From Macrostomum lignano (lineage: Eukaryota), in contig NIVC01004934.1 in assembly GCA_002269645.1 (NCBI GenBank), positions 1 through 30,962 of the forward strand: DNA of 30,962 bases. The letters run 5' to 3'. Positions 11,815-22,959 of the stretch are shown piece by piece. How positions within the stretch are numbered: the stretch's first letter is position 1; the number at the start of each line of letters is the position of its first letter. The position numbers and the translations under genes were made by a program. The notes below the pieces were generated by a model, which was given only the letters and a program-made list of their open reading frames with translations, was not told the DNA's origin and did no database searches.

Positions 11815-12425
11815 GCCCGAGACTTGCGGGCAACAGAATCACCGTCACTGAAGAAGTAGCGCTTCACACAGTCAGAGCGCCAGTCACCCAGGGCCATGAT
11901 ATCAGGCAAGGCCACCCACCCCTTCCTGCAGGGCAAAGCTGGCCCCACCGCGCCGCAGGCTGTGGCCGGAGAAGGTGGACGGGTTGAAACCGCAGTTACG
12001 CAGTGCCTGCCGCAGAAGCGGGGTCAGCATACGAGGCTTCAAACGCAGCCTCCGCGAGCCCACGAGGTAGGAGAACAACGGGACGGTGGCGCCGATGCAG
12101 GCCGCACCGGCCAGGTAGGGCAGCTGCACCGTGCGGACACGCTGGCCGAACTGGTTGGTCTTGGACCGCTGCAGCTGCAGCACCAGCCCAGAACCGGAAC
12201 AGGACAGATGGCTAGAGCGCAGCAGGTCGCCGACTCGGATCAGCTCCCACCAGGCCACCAGAAAGGCGGCGCAGAATGCAGACCACAGCTAGGTTCGGAG
12301 CGAAGCCTCGACGGGCCGCAGGGTCGCTCGCAAGCCGCCGCAGGTGAGCAGGCTCGAGCGCCGTCGCCTGCTTGGTCTGTAGCCCCAGGAAGCGCCGAGC
12401 GCCCCTTAAAAGGAACTGCAGCCGT
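11815..12425 (-). mobile_element. Tyrosine recombinase of a DIRS/Ngaro-type retrotransposon, 5'-truncated and frameshifted
   Basis: LLRGARRFLG...Q; AFLVAWWELIR (catalytic R); RSKTNQ (K); FSGHSLRRGGASFA (HxxR); after a frameshift, IMALGDWRSDCVKRYF (W and catalytic Y). Confidence 0.88.
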
Positions 12426-12579
12426 GCCGCATATCAGACAGGGTAAAAACAGAGCCCAGCAGTCCCTACACTATAGCTTTAGCACAGATACAGTGATTTG
12501 AGTTGATAAGTATAATAAGCTTGTTATATCTGCTGAGCTCATCTGCTGAAATCGTTCTGCCCGTTTACATGCGTGCAGC

Positions 12580-13125
12580 GTTTGTGTTCCGCACTACACC
12601 CAGATGGCCATCGACTCGCGCACCCTGCTTAGCCCGCCGCCACTCTCTTTCACTGGAGTGCCACACGAAGTAGGACGACACCTCCGTGTAGAGCAAGGAC
12701 CCAGCAAACTCTTCAATACGGCACAGCTTGAAAAATGGCGTCCACGTTGAGTCCCTCTTAAAACAAAAGCGTTCTCGCTTTTTATCTTGCGATACCTTCG
12801 TTAAAATACACGACCTGCTCCTCCGACTTGTGAACGTATAATCGGATGACCGCCATAAACCTGTTGTGCACCTGACCAGAAAGTGGAAGGAAAATATACA
12901 GCCTTAAAGTTTCGATGGAAATTCAATTTATACTTTGACGAGGTGTTCACAGCTCTGGTTAAAAGAGCCAATAATAATTAGAATGCGAATTACTTCAAAG
13001 CCCAAGATGGTATTCACGGCTTCCATTAGACCAATTTAGCGCACGGACAGGTACTCCTTGATCTCATCACGCGGCTCATTTTCTGCCATTTGCGTCTGCT
13101 GCTAATTAACCACTGCCTGCTCTCT
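12580..13125 (-). mobile_element. Helitron Rep/Hel fragment (region between Rep and helicase), decayed
   Basis: Decayed frames read PRDEIKEYLSVR..EAVNTILGFE, HNRFMAVIRLYVH..EQVVYF, TPFFKLC..EEFAGSLLYTEVSSYFVW..REWRRAKQGARVDG. These match the Helitron patterns DEI..Y...R, RL.VHL..Q.V.F and FA..LLY.EV..Y+.W. Confidence 0.8.
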
Positions 13126-13329
13126 CGGTTCAGTAGAATTCTTATTGGCATCGACTTTGAGCAAACACGAGCAATCTGAGCAAACATGAACGCACGGCAT
13201 ACAAGTGGAGGAGCAGACTAAATATGAAAACGCGCTAGCACCCACACGTGCACCCCGCCCCCCGCAACACACGCAACCCCGGACGCACCCCCCGAGCCAA
13301 GCGAGCCACCTCACCCCGCAGTTTAAACG

Positions 13330-14150
13330 CCCTTACCACCAACACAGTGGCAAGGGTAACAGGAACTCTTTCTGAAAGCCCTTGCTGCATTCGCCATTTT
13401 CCATGCAAGGGCACACCGGATTCTCCTGCCGCAGGGGCCATGGATCATGTGCGTCTTCACCAGCTCATAGAGCACGGGCTGCTGCTCTGAAATCTCGGCA
13501 GACACGATGTCATCGTATCGGTCCGGAGTCACCCGCTGACCGCTCGTGAGCCATAGCATATTATGGATAATTTATTTCGCAAAATATGTTTTAAAATATC
13601 TCGCAGACTTACTAAATGTGTTCACCAGATGGTCGACGGTCAGGGTGAATCACAATTCGCGCATCTCCCAACTGCGGATCATGGCTGATTCGATGAGCGA
13701 CTGCCTTCAGGCTGTGGACATAGCCGTTGCACTCGTGAAGCAGCGTCTGCAGCAGCTCCGGTAGCTCTGGCTTCACCTTCTGGCTGAGACTCTGGCGGCT
13801 TTCAAGTTCGCGATCGTTGAAATACACCTGCCAGCCATGGGGCTCAGCTGAATCCTCTGCAAACAGCGGCGCCGTGTTGTGATGCAACTGGCCGCTGATG
13901 ATGAAGCTGGGACTCCAGTCTGGTACCAACCGCAGTTTGGCTCCCAGCGACGTCAGGTGCAGCCCCGAGTTGTAACTTCTAATGTTGGTTAGGAACTCGG
14001 CACTCATTCTGCGCCGCCCCAGGTACAGATCCGCCAGCACTTGAAGCACTGTGCGTCTGGGCAGCTTCACCTCGCCTTTGGCGTAGCAGAAATTCCTCGT
14101 CTCAGAGCACCAAAGTAATGCACCGCATTGGTCGCATGCTCTGTCCATTG
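13330..14150 (-). mobile_element. Helitron Rep N-terminal fragment with an internal deletion removing most of the HUH core
   Basis: MDRACDQCGALLW..E...GEVKLP, FLTNIRSYNS...TSLGA, ISGQLHH, QVYFND, ECNGYVHSLK, IVIHPDRRPSGEH, joined across a short AT-rich stretch to LWL..VTPDRYDDIVSAEI..VLYELVKTHMIHGPCG. Confidence 0.9.
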
Positions 14151-17129
14151 GGCCACAGTTATGGACTGGCGCTTCAGGCCTGATTATAAGAGTTAGAAAT
14201 CTGAAGTTTAGCCTAAATTAGGAGATAGGTGGAAATTTATTAAATATGCCTAGGTGCAGTGAAGGGCGAGGCAGAAAAGCACAATGAGACCCCTAGATAG
14301 CTATTAGAAGGGTAAACAGAAGCAGCATTAAGACGATTAATCAACTGTCAAGTCAGATATGAATGACCGAATCTAATAAAGCCTCCCTTCCATTCCAGTG
14401 AGTAGCAACACTCCGCCGCAGGCACAATGGCGCTCAAACTGGCCGGGAAAAGCAAACCGAGGAGAGGCCCGACTTAGACAGCAATGACGTCAAAAAGAGC
14501 AATCGGCCCGTGGCACGCGTCAGAACCTGGCGAACTTTGGAGGAGAATCGCACGGCCCGCCTACGGACTTCTATCGAACCTGAAGCGGCCCAAGAAGGCG
14601 AGATCAACCCCAAGTAGCTTGACAACCGAGAGAGAGAACTGTCTAATCATCCATGGACAGAGTTAAGAGAAGGAAAACTAAGCTCTTTTTCCTGTAATCT
14701 ATTGTGATAAATAGGCAATTAGATAAATAGCATGCACGGCGAGCAAATAATTAGGCCCTAGACAAACCTACTTGGAGCGTTTGGAGATTTTAAAGCTATT
14801 AATCCTAATCGCCTATCGCCGGTCGGCGAGTCCTACCAGTCTTTCTCCAATAGCCGCAGGTACAGTACAAGAAAATAAAGAACACGAGGGAACACAAACC
14901 GAAAGATTTAGAGAGTGATAATCCTATATGATACAAACTGATAATTGGCTAGACGATTTAATTTGATTATTCAGGCTACAGGATTCAAGCAAATTAGCGG
15001 CGCAGATAATTAGACTGATGATAACGAATAATAACGATTAATAATAATGATTATATTACGCACTGACAAGCGGATCTCAGCTTGAAGAAGAAGAAGGAGG
15101 CACCGAACACAGGACCACGGAGAAAGACTCCTATCCCCTGGCCTAAACCAGAACCTACACTCAAACGAGAGCCCTGCCGAATCGACCGTTCAACGGAGTA
15201 CCGACTAAATTCTATCGGCACTGCCCTTCAGTGTAACACTGAGGCCCTCGGGGTCGAGGCCGCGTACTTGATCAGATCCGACAGTCTCTATCTAACCGCG
15301 CTTGATAGCGACGACTTCAGACAGAAATTTGCCGTAGACGTTACGCCACAAGACTAAAGCGGTTGGGCGGGAACAAAAATATGGACCGGGGGTGATGAAT
15401 TCAGGCGCCTCAAAGCGCGAACCAAAGGGAAACAGCTAGGCCACCGGCCGGGAGACAAGACAAAACCGGGGAAGAGAGGAGAGAGGAGAGAAGGCGAGAT
15501 CCGATTGCCAAAACACACTTTCATATATAGTCAGAGTCACAACCCCTCAAAACCCCCCTCAAGCCGGGTGGTGGTCGTCTGGCCGGCCGCTTGCTTAAGC
15601 CGAATTGCACTGTGCCCGCGGCGCCGGGTAGAATTGAAACTTGCCGCGTGCCAGGGTCCAGGCCGGTTCTGATTGGCTGACCGCGCAAAGCTGGGGTTCG
15701 CAGAAAACTCAACCCTCCGCTGAGTCACAAATGACGTCTGACTTCTAGCCTGTTTACGCAAAATCGATTCTAACTAGCAAGGAAAAAGTACACCAAAAAG
15801 GTATGACTAAACTAAAGCAAAATAACAATTCAATAACAATAATGCAAAACCTAACTAATAGAATACAAGGCTATCGCAAAAGATGCTCACACTACACTAT
15901 CTATCCCAAAATTTATCCAACTCAACGCATAGATTTGCAAAACCCGGAATAATCTCTAACCCACACACTTCAGTTTAAATGAAATTTTATTTTTATAAAA
16001 CAACTTGAGTTCGATAACGAATAAACTATGATGACCAGTCACGCCAATGACCTACCTATTTTGAGCAGGTCTTGCGCCAAAATGACCTAAGATACACTCT
16101 GCAGAGTTAATCTTGGCGCCTCTGCATCTACATTGGGCTCAGAAACTGGAATCGGATTAGCAAAACGTAATGACTCAATGCTCATGACGTAAAAGAATTC
16201 GGACGATTGTAATCGGCGGCTGCAAAGAGGACATACAGTACTGCAATACACTACCATTCGCTTGACAAATCACCAGATCAACATTAAAACAACGATCAAT
16301 CAATACTGGAAATATCTGCTCTATACGGCTCGGCAGAGCGTGTCTTAAAGATGCTGCATCGGTCTCAAGTGGAGTGCCCTGCAACTGGTCACACACTGCA
16401 CTGCATGAAATCACCAGGAATGCAAATTATACGCAACGCATCAAAAATTACGACAGATGGTGTCGCCAACTTACTATTGACAAACCTGAAATATCAAATA
16501 TCAAACCGGAAATAAATTTCTTTTATTTGCATCGAAAGAGCAGTTGCAAAGTGAAATAAACCGTTTATTTGCACCGATGGAAAAAATGAAATTTACACTG
16601 AGACCATAGACGTTTGCCCGGGGCATGGGGGATACATTGTACATAACTTTATTTGCCGGTTCTTAAAATAGTGACGAATATATTTTATGCTATTCTACTT
16701 TCTTTAAAGCTAGTCTGTCATGTAATAGCATTATAAACAAAAATTATTAGAAAACGATTTGATCAGTAAAAGATTCTTTAAAACCGATTCTCATGCATCA
16801 ATTTTCTTCGAAATCAATCGCAAAACTTAGTATTCTTAGAAACCGATCGCATATGCTGATATTCTTAGAAGGCGAAGAAGCGAATGTAGATTCTATTCAA
16901 AATGCTGATCTCATAAATAAAATTCTTGGAAACCGATCTCGTAAGTATGATGATAAATCGCATGAAAAAATCTCAGAAACAGATTCTAGTTTTTTTCTTT
17001 TTAACCTATGTACCAAATAAACGTCAGCTAAGGCACAATGGGGGAATGGGCACACTGATCATTATTTAACGATCACTAAATATATAGCTCAGATGGTAGA
17101 ATGGATCTGAGACTGAAAAGAGGCAAGGA

Positions 17130-17680
17130 CGCTCCTGCAGCTTCCTCTGAGGGAACTGGCACTCGGCATGGCTCACGTAATCTACCGACCCGTCTGGCCC
17201 AAGGACTACTAAATGAAGTGTTCCTAGTGATCCTTGGTCTGGCCCCGGGTGCTCATCAAACGGATGAGGAGTCCTCGAGTGACCCGGTTGCTCTATGCCA
17301 GTGGACAACTGAGCATCTGTGGTGCAAAGACCTACGCAGACGCCGCCAAGGCTGGTCGTCGATTTCTGGCTATGCTACGCCGAAGAGTGCCGGCTCAACT
17401 GCTGCCTCTTAAAGCTGCTTGCGTGCGGATAAAAATAATTAGTGCACAGGGGAAGCTTGACTAATCTAATCTATTGTCATGGTCCATGCAGCTTATACGG
17501 GATTCGACCTAGCGCAATGTATGAACCCGAATCATTTTCTGCACTAAATTGTAAGCTTCGATTCTGCAAGTGCCTGTTACGAGCTATGTATGGTTCCATA
17601 GTTCTCAGTGGAGCCCAATCTGCCCATCAGTTGCATTCCGACTATGAGCACTCATCAATACTCACAAAAGACCCAAACAT
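17130..17680 (+). pseudogene. Divergent TATA-binding-protein-like (TBP fold, two repeats), disrupted
   Basis: Repeat 1: LQLPLRELALGMAHVIYRPVWP[insert]RVLIKRMRSPRVTRLLYASGQLSICGAKTYADAAKAGRRF, compared with TBP LDL..IA...EYNPKRF..VIMRIREPRTTALIFSSGK...GAK. Repeat 2: MYEPESFSAL...GSIVLSGAQS, compared with YEPELFPGL...SGKVVLTGAK. A 45-nt insertion carries stops, and there is a frameshift near 17460. Confidence 0.75.
17200..17236. mobile_element. 37-bp TIR mini-element (CAAGG...CCTTG ends) with an 8-bp TSD
   Basis: CAAGGACTACTAAATGAAGTGTTCCTAGTGATCCTTG is flanked by GTCTGGCC at 17192-17199 and 17237-17244. Confidence 0.8.
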
Positions 17681-17699
17681 CTCAAACAAACATCTGTGG

Positions 17700-18330
17700 G
17701 TGATCCAGGGTGTCATAGAGGACTTCAGTCTCAGCGGGATTCTGACTGGTGCAGGGGGCTGTCGGGGCATACACGCAAACAGCATGCAGGCGCCTGTCCT
17801 TCAAGGCAAAGGCCGCTTGCCCAAGGCGCTCAGTCGGGAACTGGATGTCCAGCAGGGCTTTGGACGCAGCGGCCGAGAGCAGCCAACAAAAATCACCGAC
17901 GCGCCGCGGCGAGGCTTGGGCGGCCTTGAATTGCCACCCAAGGCCCAGGTCTGCGCTTTCGTCCGTGGTCCTGCGATGCTCTTGGACAGCCAGAACTGAG
18001 ATTCCGCCAACCGGGTCAGCTCCTGCAGCTTCCACGGGTGGCTGAGGGTACGGGTGTTAAAGGTGGCGAGCCGAATCTGGGCCAGAAGAGCTGGTGGTCG
18101 GCTCGTCTCTCGGTCCACTCCGCTTACGCGTGTATTGCGGGAGCCGGCTGGGGTGGAGGTGCTGGCCCTCGAGTCCTGGCGGGTTCGTTCGACGGGCACT
18201 GGTGCGGAGCTCTTTGCGTTAAAGCGCTTCCGGTGACGCGCAGAGGGTCACCTGTGAGTCGCCCGTGGGTGACAGCGACACCGATGGCACCTGGCCTGCG
18301 CTCAAGCCGAAGGTGGGCGACCAATTTCCA
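17700..18330 (-). mobile_element. RTE-type non-LTR retrotransposon: putative leader plus APE endonuclease N-half, 3'-truncated
   Basis: QIRLATFNTRTL...LQELTRLAESQ / GISVLAVQEHRR...GW...LLS...TERL...VCVYAPT...ETEVLYDTL, typical of RTE-clade APE. Confidence 0.85.
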
Positions 18331-18473
18331 CGCAACTTGGCGTGAGAATTATAGCCAACTAGCAATTAACAGCCAACAAAGAATGGAATGCACATTTTGA
18401 ATAAACTACATGCAGCTTCTGACCTCAACCTTGACATCTCAGCGATTCTCCCTAAGCTTTAGCATCTCAGCAA

Positions 18474-20271
18474 TTATTGCCCCCCGAAACAGCTTGCTGA
18501 AACAAAGCAGATTTTTTTCTTTTTGTGAAGTATTCGTTTCGTGCTCTTCTTCAATGTGCTGGTGCCACGTCGAGCCATTTTGCAATGGGCCTCAGACTGC
18601 ACCCCGCTCTTGCCAGAGCTGCCAGGGTTGGCAGTAGCCTTCCCTTTTTGGCAGACTTTCCTCGGCGCATCTTGAGCTTGAGAGCACCCCACTGGAAAAA
18701 GGATCCGTTAAGGTACCGACTGGCCCAAGCGTTTTAGAGGCCGAGGACAATTGAATTGCCCGTTTTCCCCCCTGCGGAACTTGCGGTGATACACCAGTCC
18801 ACTAGCAGGGAGGTCGGGATGGTGTGCCGTGGTTTTGGCCTCAGCAGCCGCAGCAGCATCTCCAGGGGGCGCCGCCGCTGAACTGCTGAAGCTTCCACCG
18901 ACCGGCTTGTCTGGTTGTCTTGGGAATCCAGTCGCTTCAGCACTCATAGTGAGCGCCGCCGCTTTGGCCCCCGCAGCTTCCTTCTTGGCCTGCCGCTTAG
19001 CGCGTTGCTTAGCGCGTTTGCGCTCAAGCCGAGCCCGTTGAGCTTCGTCGGATCTGCCAGATTTGGCTGGTCATTTAGACTCAGAGCTCGCGGTTCCCTT
19101 AGATCCACCAGCAGAGCTGGCAGGTTTTTGGATACTTTGGGTTTGGTAGCTCTGGTCGGATCTGCCTGCAGAGCTAGTCGGTCCTCCCTTTGCCACAGTT
19201 GAATCAGTCGGTTGGGATCGACCAGTAGGGCCGGCCGGTCCTTCGGACTGAGATTGGGGTTTAGAAGGGTCCACGTCCCTAGATATAGTTTGCTTATCCA
19301 TAGTCTTCTCGAAGGCCATGATAAAGGTTGGTGGGCTACAATCGAAGAGGCGCGGTACCCACCCGGCCGCTCCAACTGACCGGGCAGTAGGCCAAAAGAA
19401 CCCTCAAGGCTGGCCCGACACCAGGAGGGACAACTCCCCGGCCTTCCAGCCCATCGGCACGGTCGAACACCTTAGGCATCAGAGGGTACCGTTGAGCAGT
19501 ACCATGGCCTCTGGATCGGCTTGCGAGACAGGGTGGGGGGTCTGCGGCTGCTAGAGGCAAATAGAGGGTGCAGAACTCCCACCAACCTCTTCACCATGCT
19601 GAAGATGGGGCAGGCGTGAAGCATGGCAGACCTTAGCCAATGGGCCTGGCCTATCTCATCATGAAGTTGGATGGACGGAGGCATTCTTGTCGGTGTTCAT
19701 TGGCACCTCAGGTGGGGGGTCTGCGGCTGCTAGAGGCAAATAGAGGGTGCAGAACTCCCACCAACCTCTTCACCATGCTGAAGATGGGGCAGGCGTGAAG
19801 CATGGCAGACCTTAGCCAATGGGCCTGGCCTATCTCATCATGAAGTTGGATGGACGGAGGCATTCTTGTCGGTGTTCATTGGCACCTCAGCGACTCCTCC
19901 TTCGGAGTGGCTTGCAGCGCCTGGCCTGTCCAGTGTAATTTTCATCCCCTGGCTCAAATCGCCGAAATCAGAGTTCTTCGCGGCGGAAGCTTGTTCTTAG
20001 TCTTGTTTGATGCGCGCAGCTCTTCTGCGGCCTTAATCACCTTCCACCGGTTGTTTTCTTGCTGGCGAGAGTCCTTGCTCTGCACTCTATGCCCTCGGTG
20101 CGCAATTGGCAACCTACTGCCAGTAGTTTCACATTGATCGCACACAAGCCGACGTGTCACGCTGCACGAGTCCCTCTCATGATGCCTGGGTGATACACCA
20201 CCTAAAAGGCAGACCTCACAGCTTAAGCAAACTTCGTACAGCTCTTTGTCGCCACTTTTGAAGGTCTTCAT
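18474..20271 (-). pseudogene. Decayed long reading frame: Cys/His zinc-knuckle-like region followed by a low-complexity basic tail (possible gag-like ORF1)
   Basis: CEVC..HHERDSC...CDQC...HRGHRVQSKDS, then collinear frames rich in S/P/K/A (e.g. AQRARLERKRAKQRAKRQAKK) broken by stops. The family assignment is weak. Confidence 0.35.
19532..19889. repeat. Tandem duplication of 179 bp
   Basis: 19532-19710 is repeated at 19711-19889 (GGTGGGGGGTCTGCGGC...TTGGCACCTCA) and looks identical by eye. Confidence 0.95.
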
Positions 20272-20544
20272 TTTGAGAAAATTTTCAGAAAGAAGCTGAG
20301 ACTTGATTATTTGAAGCGTTGGTTATAAACCAGTCCAGCTATAGATAGATTATCATTAAGTAATTGACCCAGTCGACTTATTTACTAGTTATCAGAGTGT
20401 AAAATTTTTGTAAAGCAAGACCAGCCAGTAAACATTGTACAGTGCATGCAAACACAAACAGCTAAATTCAGGCTAATCGAAGTCCCTAAGCTGACAATTA
20501 GGCTGCAGCAGTCACTCCTATCTGCCCAGTAATAAAAATTCAAG

Positions 20545-22475
20545 TAAGACCTCATGGAGCATGCAGATTCTCATACTGCTGCAGGACCTCATGGAGCATG
20601 CAGAATCCCATACTGCTGCAGGACCTCATGGAGCATGCAGATTCTCATACTGCTGCAGGACCTCATAGAGCATGCAGAATCCCATACTGCTGCAGGACCT
20701 CATGGAGCATGTAGAATCCCATACTGCTGCAGGACCTCATAGAGCATGCAGAATCCCATACTGCTGCAGGACCTCATGGAGCATGTAGAATCCCATACTG
20801 CTGCAGGACCTCATGGAGCATGCAGAATCCCATACTGCTGCAGGACCTCATGGAGCATGTAGAATCCCATACTGCTGCAGGACCTCATTGAGCATGTAGA
20901 ATCCCATACTGCTGCAGGACCTCATGGAGCATGCAGAATACCAAACTGCTGCAGGACCTCATGGAGCATACAGAATCCCATACTGCTGCAGGACCTCATG
21001 AAGCATACAGAATCTCATACTGCTGCAGGACCTCATGGAGCATGCAGAATCTCATACTGCTGCATGACTTCATGGAGCATGCAGAATCCCATACTGCTGC
21101 ATGACTTCATGGAGCATGCAGAATCCCATACTGCTGCAGGACCTCATGGAGCATACAGAATCCCATACTGCTGCAGGACCTCATGGAGCATGTAGAATCC
21201 CATACTGCTGCAGGACCTCATAGAGCATGCAGAATCCCATACTGCTGCAGGACCTCATGGAGCATGCAGAATCCCATACTGCTGCAGGACCTCATGGAGC
21301 ATGCAAAATCCCATACTGCTGTAAGACCTCATGAAGCATACAGAATCCCATACTGCTGCAGGACCTCATGAAGCATACAGAATCCCATACTGCTGCAGGA
21401 CCTCATGGAGCATGCAAAATCCCATACTGCTGTAAGACCTCATGGAGCATACAGAATCTCATACTGCTGCAAGACCTCATGGAGCATACAGAATCCCATA
21501 CTGCTGCAGGACCTCATGGAGCATACAGAATCCCATACTGCTGCAGGACCTCATGGAGCATGCAGAATCTCATACTGCTGCAGGACCTCATGGAGCATGC
21601 AGATTCTCATACTGCTGCAGGACCTCATGAAGCATGCAGAATCCCATACTGCTGCAGGACCTCATGGAGCATGCAGAATCCCATACTGCTGCAGGACCTC
21701 ATGAAGCATACAGAATCTCATACTGCTGCAGGACCTCATGGAGCATGCAGAATCTCATACTGCTGCATGACTTCATGGAGCATGCAGAATCCCATACTGC
21801 TGCAGGACCTCATGGAGCATACAGAATCCCATACTGCTGCAGGACCTCATGGAGCATACAGAATCCCATACTGCTGCAAGACCTCATGGAGCATACAGAA
21901 TCCCATACTGCTGCAGGACCTCATGGAGCATACAGAATCCCATACTGCTGCAAGACCTCATGGAGCATACAGAATCCCATACTGCTGCAGGACCTCATGG
22001 AGCATACAGAATCCCATACTGCTGCAAGACCTCATGGAGCATACAGAATCCCATACTGCTGCAGGACCTCATGGAGCATACAGAATCCCATACTGCTGCA
22101 GGACCTCATGGAGCATACAGAATCCCATACTGCTGCAAGACCTCATGGAGCATACAGAATCCCATACTGCTGCAGGACCTCATGGAGCATACAGAATCCC
22201 ATACTGCTGCAAGACCTCATGGAGCATACAGAATCCCATACTGCTGCAGGACCTCATGGAGCATACAGAATCCCATACTGCTGCAAGACCTCATGGAGCA
22301 TACAGAATCCCATACTGCTGCATGACTTCATGGAGCATGCAGAATCCCATACTGCTGCATGACCTCATGGAGCATGCAGAATCCCATACTGCTGCATGAC
22401 TTCATGGAGCATGCAGAATCCCATACTGCTGCATGACTTCATGGAGCATGCAGAATCCCATACTGCTGCAGGACA
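20545..22475. repeat. 37-bp satellite array, about 52 copies
   Basis: Unit GCATGCAGAATCCCATACTGCTGCAGGACCTCATGGA with point variants. The ORFs over it are repeat artefacts. Confidence 0.98.
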
Positions 22476-22724
22476 TGCAGAGTGCAGGAGCGCCAACGAC
22501 TCCAGGGGATCACCAACCCTTGCACACTCTCTGAAGCAAAACTCGCGAGCTTTCAGTGCCATGGAAAGCAAAGCAAGCGGGACCGCACAACTTTATATTT
22601 TAATGGTTTTTGCAATACCCAGGCGAAGCCGCTTGACTTGCACTTTAAGCAAGCTCAGTTGAAGAGTTTTTTGCCCACAGACTGCAAGCACTTAGCTACA
22701 GGGGCCCATAGACGGGCTGGCATT

Positions 22725-22850
22725 TCAGACAGGATAAAAGCAGAGCCCCCAGCAGTACCTGCAAATTTCACAGATACCGTGAGTTGAGTTGCTAAGGAAT
22801 AAATTTGTTACACCTGCTGAGCTCATCTGCTGAAATAGTTCTGCCTGTTG
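22725..22850 (-). repeat. ~130-bp dispersed repeat also present at 12435-12570 (possibly Helitron-derived, with an intron-like segment)
   Basis: Both loci share AGACAGG.TAAAA.CAGAGCCC...CACAGATAC.GTGA.TTGAGTTG...CTGCTGAGCTCATCTGCTGAAAT.GTTCTGCC. Confidence 0.75.
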
Positions 22851-22959
22851 GATCACTCGGCTTGATCTCTGAGAATTGGTAAGTCTGCTAACTAGCTCTC
22901 TTGACATTTTTATGGCTTCCTTTGTCCTACTACATGACTGACCCTGACAGGTCAGGATG

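Noticed and set aside
11896-12501. 201-aa plus-strand ORF
   Set aside because: Antisense shadow of the GC-rich tyrosine recombinase.
15082-16559. Short ORFs at 15082-15357, 16175-16414 and 16374-16559
   Set aside because: No recognisable motifs, splice structure or homology that I can support.
17083-17122. tRNA-like string TAGCTCAGATGGTAGA...AGACTGAAAA
   Set aside because: Only an A-box-like 5' part; no T-arm/B-box or acceptor stem pairing.
20554-22399. Long Cys/His-rich ORFs (up to 343 aa) and a CRISPR-like look
   Set aside because: They are translations of a 37-bp satellite in all three frames. There are no unique spacers and no cas genes.
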